Shown: positions 17,431-26,908 of the stretch, in pieces
Position numbering within the stretch: position 1 is the first letter of the stretch
How the letters are laid out: each line of letters starts with the position of its first letter
NCBI GenBank assembly: GCA_963770465.1
Contig: CAVYQB010000012.1
Span: forward strand, 3,367-67,366
Length of the DNA: 64,000 nt
Direction: 5' to 3'
Source of the DNA: an uncultured Acidobacteriota bacterium
GTDB taxonomy: Bacteria > Acidobacteriota > Terriglobia > Terriglobales > Acidobacteriaceae
Position numbers and translations under genes: made by a program
The notes under the pieces: generated by a model
Databases searched by the model: none
The model's input: only the letters and a program-made list of their open reading frames with translations
Told to the model about the DNA's origin: nothing

Positions 17431-18681
17431 CTACAGCGAACTCATGTTGGCCAAGAACTCGCCGTTTGACTTTGCTTTGTTCAGCTTGTCAATCAGCAGT
17501 TCCATGGCTTCGACCGGCGACAACGGATTCAGTACTCGCCGCAGCACCCAGATGCGCGTCAGGTCTTCTTTCGGGATCAGCAGCTCTTCCTTTCGCGTGC
17601 CGGAGCGTTGGATGTCGATGGCCGGGAAGGTACGCTTGTCGACCAACTTGCGGTCGAGGATGATTTCCGAATTGCCCGTACCTTTGAATTCTTCGAAGAT
17701 CACGTCGTCCATGCGGGAGCCGGTGTCGATTAGCGCTGTCGCGATAATTGTCAGCGATCCGCCTTCTTCAATGTTGCGAGCCGCGCCGAAGAACCGCTTG
17801 GGACGCTGCAGGGCATTTGAGTCGACGCCGCCGGAAAGCACTTTGCCGCTGGGCGGAACGATCGTGTTATAGGCGCGCGCTAGACGAGTGATGGAGTCGA
17901 GCAGAATGACTACGTCGCGCTTGTGTTCGACGAGGCGCTTAGCTTTCTCGATTACCATTTCCGCGACTTGCACGTGGCGGGCAGCAGGTTCGTCGAAAGT
18001 CGAAGAGATCACTTCGCCCTTGACGGAGCGCTGCATATCAGTGACTTCTTCCGGGCGCTCATCGATCAGCAGAACCATCAGCACCACTTCGGGATGATTC
18101 GTCGTGATCGAATTCGCGACGTTCTGCAGCAGCATGGTCTTGCCGGCACGAGGCGGCGAAACGATCAGGCCGCGCTGTCCTTTACCGAGGGGCGTCAGCA
18201 GATCCATGACGCGGGCGCTGACGTTTTCACGCGTGGTTTCGAGCTTGATCCGTTCCTGCGGATAGAGCGGCGTCAGGTTGTCGAACAGGATCTTGTTGCG
18301 GGCCTCGTCGGGCGATTCGAAGTTGACGGCTTCAATCTTGACTAGCGCGAAATATTTTTCGCCCTCATGCGGCGGACGAACCTGGCCGCTGATGGTGTCG
18401 CCGGTCTTGAGATCAAACTTTCGAATTTGCGACGGCGAGACATAAATATCGTCCGGGCCGGGCAAATAGTTGTAATCGGGCGAGCGCAGGAAGCCGTAGC
18501 CGTCGGGCAGGATTTCGAGCACTCCTTCCGCAAAGATGTGGCCTTCTTTTTCGCTTTGGGCTTGAAGAATTTTGAAAATCAGGTCTTGCTTGCGCAATCC
18601 ACTGGCGCCGGGCAGATCCAAGGATCGGGCGATCTTGGTCAGCTCTGTAATATTTTTTTCTTTCAATTCTGCGATGGTCAT
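17431..18681 (-). CDS. rho: transcription termination factor Rho
   Basis: N-terminal [13 protein letters not shown], Walker A PPRAGKT, full-length 416 aa. Confidence 0.97.
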   Translation of the reverse strand: MTIAELKEKNITELTKIARSLDLPGASGLRKQDLIFKILQAQSEKEGHIFAEGVLEILPDGYGFLRSPDYNYLPGPDDIYVSPSQIRKFDLKTGDTISGQVRPPHEGEKYFALVKIEAVNFESPDEARNKILFDNLTPLYPQERIKLETTRENVSARVMDLLTPLGKGQRGLIVSPPRAGKTMLLQNVANSITTNHPEVVLMVLLIDERPEEVTDMQRSVKGEVISSTFDEPAARHVQVAEMVIEKAKRLVEHKRDVVILLDSITRLARAYNTIVPPSGKVLSGGVDSNALQRPKRFFGAARNIEEGGSLTIIATALIDTGSRMDDVIFEEFKGTGNSEIILDRKLVDKRTFPAIDIQRSGTRKEELLIPKEDLTRIWVLRRVLNPLSPVEAMELLIDKLNKAKSNGEFLANMSSL

Positions 18682-18765
18682 TATTTAGTTCACCTGCGAA
18701 GGGATTTTCAAAGGGGGGTTACTCAGAAAAGACTGGTCAACCGCGGGGCAGGACGGCGGGGCTGG

Positions 18766-18981
18766 TTACGCAGCCCGCCGTTGTGCCTCGGCAAAATTTT
18801 CAGGTTCCGACAAAACCGTCTGCCGTTCCGAGCTTGCAATCTTATCCAGAACCTCGTTCATGGTTTCCTGGATCCTGGTGTTGGGCTTGTGAAACTTACG
18901 GGTAGCCTTGGATGCAAGCTGGCAAAGCATATAACGATTCCGCAATGTATGTAAAGCGTCAAAAACGCGATCAGACCGCAT
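18766..18981 (-). CDS. small conserved protein, possibly RNA polymerase omega-like
   Basis: NRYMLCQLASKATRKF resembles the omega NRF/YxLVxxAAxRAR motif. The assignment is weak. Confidence 0.5.
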   Translation of the reverse strand: MRSDRVFDALHTLRNRYMLCQLASKATRKFHKPNTRIQETMNEVLDKIASSERQTVLSEPENFAEAQRRAA

Positions 18982-19211
18982 AATGAGTCATTCTCCTAGT
19001 CCGAGCAAATTGGCCGCACGTCCCTTTTCTGGCAAGAAGAACCGGACCAGAGTGCCTAAGTTACTCAATTCAGATGGGTTGTACGGGAAATCTCTGGTTA
19101 CTGGTATAGATGCTCCGTCTGGCCCGAAAGTTTCTCGGTTTCTAGATTTGTTCGGTCGCCAGCGGAGATTCGTCAGACCAAACTGAGTCACGTAAGCCTT
19201 CGGAACTTTTC

Positions 19212-19240
19212 ACCCTACGTTAGAATGAACGGAACGTCAA
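19212..19240 (-). promoter_or_regulatory. candidate promoter TTGACG-17-TAGGGT for the omega-like/rho/hicAB unit
   Basis: Read on the minus strand. It would give a ~220-nt leader. Confidence 0.3.
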
Positions 19241-19408
19241 GTGTTTCTTGCAATACCATTGAATTTATCGGCGAAACACTCCCGCTGGTCCGGATCAGTT
19301 TCCACACCGCCAATCCAATTCTGCATTAAGCTGTTTACACTAAACCACTTAGCTTGGTTAGCACTATACCCCTAATGTCTAGACCAAAACGGGACGCCCG
19401 TTCTCCAC

Positions 19409-20960
19409 TTACGCCCAGAAAGTCCGATCGAGCGTTCGGTATTGGATCGCTTCAGCAATGTGCTTAGGTTCGATAGACTTTCCTCCTTCTAGATCCGCAA
19501 TAGTTCTGGCTACTTTGAGAATTCGATCGTGGGCGCGCGCGGTCAAACCCTGCTGGGCCATTGCCCGTTCCAATAGCCGTTCGCAGTCGGCGGAAAGATC
19601 GCAGAAAGCGCGGATGTGCCGCGGACCCATTTGCGCGTTGCAGTACAGCTTTTCTTTCGGAGACGCGAGAAATCTCTCTAACTGGCTGCCGCGGGCTCGC
19701 ATTACCCGTTCGCGAATTTTGGCTGAGCTTTCGGGCTCCGAGCTTGACCGCATCTCCTTATAATTCACCGCCGGTACATCAATATGGATGTCGATGCGAT
19801 CCAGCAACGGCCCGGAAATCTTCGACATATAGCGTTGGATCACCAGGGGTGTGCAGTGACACTCACGCGAGCGGTCGTTAAAGTAGCCACAGGGACAGGG
19901 ATTCATGGCGGCCGCCAGCATGAAACGGGCTGGAAAGGTCAGCGACATGGACGCACGGGCGATGCAGACGGTTCCATCCTCCAAAGGCTGGCGCATAACC
20001 TCCAGCACATTGCGGGGAAATTCCGGGAGTTCGTCCAGGAACAGCACGCCATTGTGAGCCAGAGAAACTTCGCCGGGACGGGGAATGGCGCCGCCGCCGA
20101 TCAGTCCCGCGTCAGAGATGGTGTGGTGGGGTGCGCGAAAAGGGCGTACGCCTACCAGTCCCGCGCCGGGATCGAGTACACCGGCTACACTGTGAATCTT
20201 GGTCGTCTCCAGAGCTTCTTCAAAAGTGAACGGCGGCAGGATTGTGGGCATTCGCTTAGCCAGCATGGTCTTGCCTGAACCAGGAGGGCCGATCATCAAA
20301 ATGTTATGGCCTCCGGCGCATGCCACCTCCAGGGCACGCTTGGCGGAGTGCTGGCCGCGCACGTCTTTGAAGTCGACATGAAACTGCTGGGCTTCGCTGA
20401 GTAAGCTTTCGCTGTCGACTTTTAGGGGGACGATGCCGTTGCCGGTATTCACGAAGCGAATCACTTCCAGCAACGATTTCACCGGATAGATTTCTACTCC
20501 AGCAACCATTGCTGCTTCCTTGGCGTTCAACTCAGGCACCACCAGGCGCGAGATTTTTCTGCCGCGCGCCTCAATGGCAATGGGCAAGCGCTCCCCGCAC
20601 TCCGCGAACCCCGCCATCGAGTGACAACTCGCCCACGAAAAGGCAGTCGGGCACCTCCTTCTTATTAAGGCCGCCGTAGGCGCCCAGAATTCCCAGAGCC
20701 ATCGGCAGGTCGAAGCCAGAGCCTTCCTTGCGTATGTCGGCGGGAGCAAGATTGATCGTGATGTGGGTGGGGGGAATATCGTATCCGCAGTTCTTCAGCG
20801 CCGCCCGCACCCGATCGCGGCTTTCACGGACCGCAGCATCAGGAAGGCCGACGGTATGGAAGTGGTCTTCCATTGTCTTAATTCCAGACACGTCAACCTC
20901 GACCTCGATGATGTTGGCATCGATGCCAAAAACTGCGGCACTTAGCGTCTTATAAAGCAT
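19409..20960 (-). pseudogene. comM: Mg-chelatase-like ATPase ComM/YifB, split by a 1-nt frame disruption near 20585
   Basis: ORFs 20571..20960 (N-terminal Lon-like domain) and 19409..20749 (AAA+ and C-terminal parts) are two frames of one protein. The junction reads ...GVRGAL / [10 protein letters not shown].... Confidence 0.8.
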
Positions 20961-21233
20961 CCAAGGTTGTGCGAAACCGGCTCGCTGGATTTTCGAGCAA
21001 ATGGGTCGCGCACCGACAAGTCAGGCTGAGTCACACACTACGCTTTGACGCGTTCAACCCTTGGTGACTAATGAACCGCGAACTTGTGACGAGTGAACAA
21101 TAGGCAAGCGTTTTGTCTGTGAACCAAATTACCCAACACGCTTTGGTTGTTTGCGTCCGCCGGCTGAACTAGGATTCGCCTAGGCTCGGGCTCGTCCCAA
21201 TGCAGCGCGTGCTAATCGTGCCAATGAACCCTT

Positions 21234-23366
21234 ATGTCGGAACCTGAGAAGCCACCGACCCATCCCGAAGGATCACGTAGCAGCTTAGAGCAAGAGGAAG
21301 CCTGGCTATGGCGTATTGCGCTTTTATTTGTGATTCTGCTCGCCACCGGGCTGGCGGCAGAGTCATGGGAAAGGTTGCAAAACCTTCCCTATCATCTGGG
21401 GTTGCTTGCCATTGCAGTTTTCTGCGTTGCCATGGCATTTGTCGGTTTTATATATGGAAGAAGAAAGCGCGTCGCTGAATTAAAAGTTCTGGTGCGCGGC
21501 CTGCAGGAGCGAACGACCGCGCCCACCAGTGAACAACTCGATCAACTGGGAGAAATCATCGCCCGGTCGCAGCGCAGCTTCAAAGAGCTTATCGATTCCT
21601 TTGACGACATTGCTTTCGCCACCGCACTGGACGGAAAAATCAAGACTGTTAATCGACGCGTGACCGAGTTGCTCGGGATCCCCTACAGCGACGTGATCGG
21701 ACATCGCATAGACGAATTTCTGGACGAACCGAAACGTGACGAAGTGGATCGCGGTTTGCCCCGTTTTCTGGAGAAGCGACGCTGGTCCGGCCTGGTTACG
21801 GTGCGGCTGAAGTCGAGTTCAAAGGTCCTCTACTTTGATTGCGCCCTCAACGCGATTGTGAAGGGCGACGAAGTGGTCGGCGTTAGCGCGCTTGCTCGAG
21901 ACGTCACCGAAGAACACCAGAAGGAGCGCCGCTTTACCGAATTGTTCGAAACTTTGCAAGAGGGCGTTTACTTCAGTACTCCGGAAGGCAAGTTGCTCGA
22001 TGGCAATGTCGCGCTGGTTTACGTCCTGGGATACGAAAGTAAGGAGGAATTGCTCGCTCTTGATTCCAGAGCTTTGAACGCCAATCCCAATCAAAGTCCG
22101 GTTCTCGGGCGATCCGCCGATGATCAAGGAGGCGTGCGCACACGCGAAATCACTTTGCGTCGCAAGGACGGCAGTCTCGGCGTGTTTCTTGATACTTCGC
22201 GCGCGGTTTGGGATGCAGGAGGAAAAATCGTTCGCTATCAAGGAACGCTGGTGGATGTATCCGAACGCCGCGAGATGGAGAAGGCTTTGCGCCGTCAGGA
22301 AGAATTCCATCGCTACCTTCTGGAAAGCTTTCCGGATCTCATTCTCGTAATCGATCTAAACGGTCGCTACAGTTTCGTGAGTTCGCGCATTCAGGATCTG
22401 CGCGGCTTCAAACCAGACGATTTGTTAGGCAAGAAAGTCGAGGAGGAAGAAGATTATTCGCCTGAACTGCTTGAACTGTATCGCGACCTGACTGAGGGCC
22501 GTAAGAAATTTGGAACGTGCGACTATAAAGCGCGGCATCGCGATGGAAGTTGGCGCACCATGAGGGCCTCAGCCAGCCCGCTGTTTGATGCGGAAAATAA
22601 ATTAAGCGGCGCCATCGTCTCCGTGCGTGACATTACGGTGGAAAAGAAACTGGAGCAGCAGATCATTCAGAGCGAACGGCTCGCCGCCATGGGACAAATG
22701 ATCGCCGGCTTTGCGCACGAACTCAATAATCCGCTGACCAGCATTTTAGGAATGTCCGAGTTACTACAGGAGGGCGAAGCCCCTGAGTCGGTGCGGAAAC
22801 AAATGGTCACTGTGCAGCAGCAGGCTCGGCGAGCGGCGGAGATTGTTCAGAACCTGATGTACTTTTCTCGTCCACCGGCGCCCGGCAAAAGTCCCATCGA
22901 CCTAAGCGAACTGGTGCAAAGAACTCTGCACCTGCACGCTTATTCCCTGCGCAAGAGCAACATCACCGTCGATTTTCTGAAGGAGACATCACTACCGCCG
23001 GTGAGCGGTGACGCGCACCAATTGATGCAGGTATTCCTGAATCTGGTTTTGAACTCGGAGCAGGCTATGCGCGAGGTACGTGACCATGGGACGTTGCGCA
23101 TCCGCATCAATCAAGACGACAAGTCGGTCTCAGTGGTTTTTCAAGACGATGGTCCGGGAATCTCCCCGGAAATCCTGCCAAACATTTTCGATCCCTTCTA
23201 CACCACCAAACGCCCAGGCCGCGGAACCGGACTCGGCTTAAGCATTTGCAAAGCTATTCTGCGCGAGCATAGCGGAAACGTGGAAGCGGCGTCGGGGCCG
23301 GGCGGCGGAGCGGTGTTCACGGTCACGCTGCCGCTGGCGACGGAGACGACTCCATCCGAGCATTAA
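21234..23366 (+). CDS. membrane sensor histidine kinase with multiple PAS domains
   Basis: N-terminal TM segments, PAS-like repeats, H-box FAHELNNPL, and HATPase N/G boxes (LNSEQAM, DDGPGI, GTGLGL). Confidence 0.9.
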   Translation: MSEPEKPPTHPEGSRSSLEQEEAWLWRIALLFVILLATGLAAESWERLQNLPYHLGLLAIAVFCVAMAFVGFIYGRRKRVAELKVLVRGLQERTTAPTSEQLDQLGEIIARSQRSFKELIDSFDDIAFATALDGKIKTVNRRVTELLGIPYSDVIGHRIDEFLDEPKRDEVDRGLPRFLEKRRWSGLVTVRLKSSSKVLYFDCALNAIVKGDEVVGVSALARDVTEEHQKERRFTELFETLQEGVYFSTPEGKLLDGNVALVYVLGYESKEELLALDSRALNANPNQSPVLGRSADDQGGVRTREITLRRKDGSLGVFLDTSRAVWDAGGKIVRYQGTLVDVSERREMEKALRRQEEFHRYLLESFPDLILVIDLNGRYSFVSSRIQDLRGFKPDDLLGKKVEEEEDYSPELLELYRDLTEGRKKFGTCDYKARHRDGSWRTMRASASPLFDAENKLSGAIVSVRDITVEKKLEQQIIQSERLAAMGQMIAGFAHELNNPLTSILGMSELLQEGEAPESVRKQMVTVQQQARRAAEIVQNLMYFSRPPAPGKSPIDLSELVQRTLHLHAYSLRKSNITVDFLKETSLPPVSGDAHQLMQVFLNLVLNSEQAMREVRDHGTLRIRINQDDKSVSVVFQDDGPGISPEILPNIFDPFYTTKRPGRGTGLGLSICKAILREHSGNVEAASGPGGGAVFTVTLPLATETTPSEH

Positions 23367-23416
23367 AGTTCCTTGCTTTAAATGCGGCCCGATAGCAAGT
23401 CCTCGATTCGTCCCCC

Positions 23417-24601
23417 TCACTTCGAATTCGATTTGTCGAGCTGGGTGATCTTTTTTTCGGCATTGGTTCTTAAGGCGTTGCGCCGTGCTTCGCTGTCCGT
23501 CTTATCAGTTGGCAAAAGTTCCAGCACCTTCTTTGCGTTTCTTAACGCCAAATCTTTTTCTCCGGCTGCCAGATATGCGGCGGCGAGGCTGTCATACGTA
23601 TTGGGTGAATTGGGATAACCAGCCACATTCAGTTTCAAAATTTCCACCGCTCCTTTGGCATCACCAAGCTGAAGGTGTTCGTAGCCGAGCAGGTTGACGA
23701 GACCCTCCGAAAAAATCACAGCGTTGGGATCGTGTTCACGAGCCTGCGCCAGCGTCTTGGCGACTTCATCCGCACCGCCAGGTTTGTCAATCAATTCCAG
23801 AGTGCGAATCACTTGAGGCTGTAGGGCGGTCCCGTTTGTCTTCGGTACGCCGGCCGGATGATTCGTAAGGGTCGCGGCAAACCATCCGGCTATCAGGTCA
23901 ATCAGTTCTTTGTGAACTGTGAACATGTCAGCGCCGTGCCCTCCGGTGGCATAGTGTTCGAACCGGCTGGCGGAGTTTGGCGAGATGCTGAACCACCACT
24001 GCATGGGTTCGACCATATTGCCAAACTCGTCGTCATCTGCCGCGGAAACAAAGATTGGCAGGCCGGAGGATTGCAGGAATAGCCTTCCCGCCCGGTCGGT
24101 CGGGCCGGAGAGCAACATTAACGACTGTATTTCAGAATGCCGCCCCGCCAATTGAATGGAATTGTTGACGCCGCAACTCGCTCCTCCCACACCAATTTTG
24201 GTGCGCACGACATCAGGCTGCGATTCAAGATATTCAAGAGCCATATCGAAATCGCGCGGCCATATTTCGGTGGCCATTTTTTTTTGCTCTTCCGGTGGTA
24301 GTTTATCGTTCGGCGTACCGCCGCTCTCGCCGTACCCGCGGTAGTCTAGGGTGAGAACATCTATGCCTGACGAGGCGAGCCGTTCCGCTAGCCCGTCCCA
24401 CACTTTGCGTTGCCGATTGCATTGATGAAGCAGCAGGACCGCAGGCGCTGGCTTTCCAGCAGCGAAATACGTAGCTTTCAGAACGACTCCATCCGGCGAG
24501 GTAAGGCTTACAATTCGCGCTGGCGGAGTTTGTTGTGCCGCGCATGTCAGTGCAAGCAGGATGAGAAAAAACAGGCCGAAAAAATTGAGCCGATCTGGCA
24601 A
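23417..24601 (-). CDS. secreted alpha/beta hydrolase with C-terminal TPR region
   Basis: Signal peptide, VLLLHQCN...DYRGYGESGG, C-terminal TPR-like repeats. Confidence 0.75.
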   Translation of the reverse strand: MPDRLNFFGLFFLILLALTCAAQQTPPARIVSLTSPDGVVLKATYFAAGKPAPAVLLLHQCNRQRKVWDGLAERLASSGIDVLTLDYRGYGESGGTPNDKLPPEEQKKMATEIWPRDFDMALEYLESQPDVVRTKIGVGGASCGVNNSIQLAGRHSEIQSLMLLSGPTDRAGRLFLQSSGLPIFVSAADDDEFGNMVEPMQWWFSISPNSASRFEHYATGGHGADMFTVHKELIDLIAGWFAATLTNHPAGVPKTNGTALQPQVIRTLELIDKPGGADEVAKTLAQAREHDPNAVIFSEGLVNLLGYEHLQLGDAKGAVEILKLNVAGYPNSPNTYDSLAAAYLAAGEKDLALRNAKKVLELLPTDKTDSEARRNALRTNAEKKITQLDKSNSK

Positions 24602-24680
24602 AGGATCACCTCGATTCTTCTTTGGACTAAAAGAAATGCTAATCGAGCCCCGCTGTGATTCGTCGGCAAATGCCGCGCGC

Positions 24681-24917
24681 TCACGGCAACTGCGCTGGCA
24701 GTGGCTCCGGCCAGAATGCCAACCTTAGAAGTTCTAGCGCGACGTCGGTTTCCCGCCACTGCGGGTGCTCTCGGCGAATCCGCTCCTCGGCCAATTCGCG
24801 CGCAAAGAGACTCATATCAAGCGCTATCAGCAAACGCTGTTCTCCTGACATTGCTCGCTGAATTTGAAGCTGAATGGCTTGCGCCGAAGGACTTGTATCA
24901 GTAAGGGGCACCGCCAA
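24681..24917 (-). CDS. small hypothetical protein
   Basis: 78-aa ORF with no recognisable motif. Coding is plausible from codon look only. Confidence 0.35.
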   Translation of the reverse strand: MAVPLTDTSPSAQAIQLQIQRAMSGEQRLLIALDMSLFARELAEERIRREHPQWRETDVALELLRLAFWPEPLPAQLP

Positions 24918-24978
24918 ATGTTACCACGGCGAAGCCGGCGGAGAGTCTCAACCATTTAGCCGATTGCGCGATGCCCCC

Positions 24979-26172
24979 TTACCTCTCGACGGCCATAGCC
25001 ACGGCATTTCCCCCGCCGAGGCAGAGAGCTGCGATGCCGCGATGCACATCGCGACGAATCATTTCATAGATCAGCGTGACCAGCACGCGCGCTCCGCTGG
25101 CGCCGATGGGATGTCCAATGGCGACTGCTCCGCCGTTCACGTTCACTTTGTTGGGATCGAGTCCGAGTTCGCGCATCACGCCTAGCGCTTGCACGGAGAA
25201 GGCTTCGTTCAATTCATACAGATCCACATCTTCGTTCTTCCATCCGGTCTTTTCCCAGATCTTGCGAACCGCGCCTACGGGCGCCATCATTACCCATTTC
25301 GGTTCGACTCCGCTGGTGGCTTGCGCCACGATTCGGACCATGGGTTTGGCGCCAAGTTGTTGGGCGCGAGTTGCACTGGTGACGACCACGGCGGCGGCGC
25401 CGTCGTTTACTCCGGGTGCGTTGCCGGCGGTTACTGTGCCGTCTTTTTTAAATGCGGGCTTCAGAGATCGCAGGACTTCGATGGTTGTGTCTTCGCGGGG
25501 AGATTCGTCTTTATCAAAGATGATTGGCGCTTCGCCTTTTTTCTTGGACGGCAGCTCAACGGGAACAATCTGGGCTTTGAAGCGGCACTCCTTGATGGCG
25601 GAAAGTGCTTTGCGGTGCGAGTTCACTGCGAACTGGTCCTGCTCTTCTCGAGTGATGCTGTATTTTTCCGCGACGTTCTCGCCCGTAATTCCCATGTGGT
25701 AGTTGTTGTAAATATCCCAGAGCCCGTCGTTCACCATCGAATCGACAATCTGCGCATTTCCCAGACGGTAGCCCTTTCGCGCTTGCGGAAGCAGATACGG
25801 AGCGTTGGTCATGGATTCCATTCCGCCGGCGACGACGATGGAACTGTTGTCCGTCTGTATTGCTTGCGCTGCGAGTGCGACCGCTTTGAGTCCCGAGCCA
25901 CAGACTTTGTTTATTGTCATGGCACCTACCTCGGGAGCGAGTCCGCCAAAAATTGCTGCTTGCCGTGCGGGGTTCTGTCCTAGTCCGGCGGAGACCACAT
26001 TCCCCATGATGCATTCGTCGACTAGCGCGGCATCGATATTGGCGCGCTTCACAGCTTCGCGAACCGTGATCGCTCCCAGTTGCGTGGCGCTCAAATCTGA
26101 AAGACTTCCCTGAAATTTTCCCACCGGAGTGCGACACCCGGAGATGATCACAACATCGTCGAAAGCAGCCAT
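24979..26172 (-). CDS. acetyl-CoA C-acetyltransferase (thiolase II)
   Basis: [11 protein letters not shown], active-site [13 protein letters not shown]-terminal [13 protein letters not shown]. Confidence 0.93.
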   Translation of the reverse strand: MAAFDDVVIISGCRTPVGKFQGSLSDLSATQLGAITVREAVKRANIDAALVDECIMGNVVSAGLGQNPARQAAIFGGLAPEVGAMTINKVCGSGLKAVALAAQAIQTDNSSIVVAGGMESMTNAPYLLPQARKGYRLGNAQIVDSMVNDGLWDIYNNYHMGITGENVAEKYSITREEQDQFAVNSHRKALSAIKECRFKAQIVPVELPSKKKGEAPIIFDKDESPREDTTIEVLRSLKPAFKKDGTVTAGNAPGVNDGAAAVVVTSATRAQQLGAKPMVRIVAQATSGVEPKWVMMAPVGAVRKIWEKTGWKNEDVDLYELNEAFSVQALGVMRELGLDPNKVNVNGGAVAIGHPIGASGARVLVTLIYEMIRRDVHRGIAALCLGGGNAVAMAVER

Positions 26173-26451
26173 TTATATGCTCCTGCGATTATTTCTAACT
26201 CTTCAATTATAGATGTCCCAGACAAGAAAAGGATGAATTCGATCAAGCCATGCGGCGACTTCCATGGCGCTTTGGCTTTTTTAAACAAACGGCGATTGAA
26301 ATTGTTGTACGCGAACTACCGCTCACTTTTTTTGCAAAAAGTCTCGCTGGTGGAGACGATGAATGGAATCCCCACGAGGAAATTTCTACTTGAGCTGCTA
26401 TTCAGTGACTTTGGTGTATGGGTCGCATGCTCATTGAACGTCATTTTTTTC

Positions 26452-26480
26452 TTGACTTCACTTTTCATTGACTCTATACA
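26452..26480 (+). promoter_or_regulatory. candidate promoter TTGACT-17-TATACA
   Basis: ttgact tcacttttcattgactc tataca, ~60 nt upstream of the micro-ORF. Confidence 0.4.
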
Positions 26481-26547
26481 TCAATCAGTTGCAACAAATG
26501 ATCGTTGCATTTCAAGTCCATGAAAAATGGAAAGGGAGAATAGATCA

Positions 26548-26595
26548 ATGGCAACCAAAAAGAAAGCAAAGAAGGCCGCAAAGAAGAAACACTAA
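26548..26595 (+). CDS. 15-codon lysine-rich micro-ORF (MATKKKAKKAAKKKH)
   Basis: GGGAGA SD 8-13 nt upstream of the ATG. An intrinsic terminator lies 27 nt after the TAA. Confidence 0.35.
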   Translation: MATKKKAKKAAKKKH

Positions 26596-26621
26596 GAGGC
26601 CTTGAACAAAAAGAACAAGAG

Positions 26622-26651
26622 GGGGACGCAAAAAGCGTCCCCTAAGTTTTT
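26622..26651 (+). terminator. intrinsic terminator ggggacgc-aaaaa-gcgtcccc followed by taagttttt
   Basis: 8-bp GC stem followed by a T-rich tract. Confidence 0.65.
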
Positions 26652-26694
26652 GCGGGTAAGATTGCCCCAGTTGTTCTCATCCCTAAACATCGTC

Positions 26695-26873
26695 GTCATC
26701 CCAAACCATTTTGTCGTCCCGAGCAAACGCGAGGGATCTAGGTTTTTCTGGCGGTCGGCAGAGACCTAGATTCCTCGTCGCTCCGCTCCTCGGAATGACA
26801 GGACGTTGGTTGGAATGACAGGACGTAGGTTGCAATGACAGGACGTAGGTTGGAACGACCGGGCGATGGCTGG
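26695..26873. repeat. REP-like family A element plus 20-nt tandem repeats (AATGACAGGACGTwGGTTGs, 3 copies and 1 degenerate)
   Basis: Left arm gtcgtcccgagcaaacgcgagggatctagg, right arm gattcctcgtcgctccgctcctcggaatgacag. Tandem units start at 26794, 26814, 26834 and 26854. Confidence 0.8.
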
Positions 26874-26908
26874 GTTGACGCGAAAGCGTTCCCAAACGTT
26901 TCGAAGCG

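Noticed and set aside
19192-19408. Possible 6S or other ncRNA in the rho-operon leader.
   Set aside because: I could not find 5'/3' end complementarity or any consensus element by eye, so I kept it only as a low-interest leader observation.
24277-24285. T9 (A9 on the coding strand) homopolymer inside the hydrolase gene as a possible phase-variation site.
   Set aside because: The reading frame is intact (EQKKMAT), and a single 9-mer is weak evidence on its own.
26233-26523. 96-aa ORF in the AT-richer gap after the thiolase gene.
   Set aside because: It has odd composition, no SD and no motifs. The region is better explained as the promoter and leader of the micro-ORF unit.
26794-26873. Possible CRISPR array (regularly spaced 20-nt repeats).
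   Set aside because: The units are directly abutting tandem repeats with no spacers, and no cas genes are nearby.
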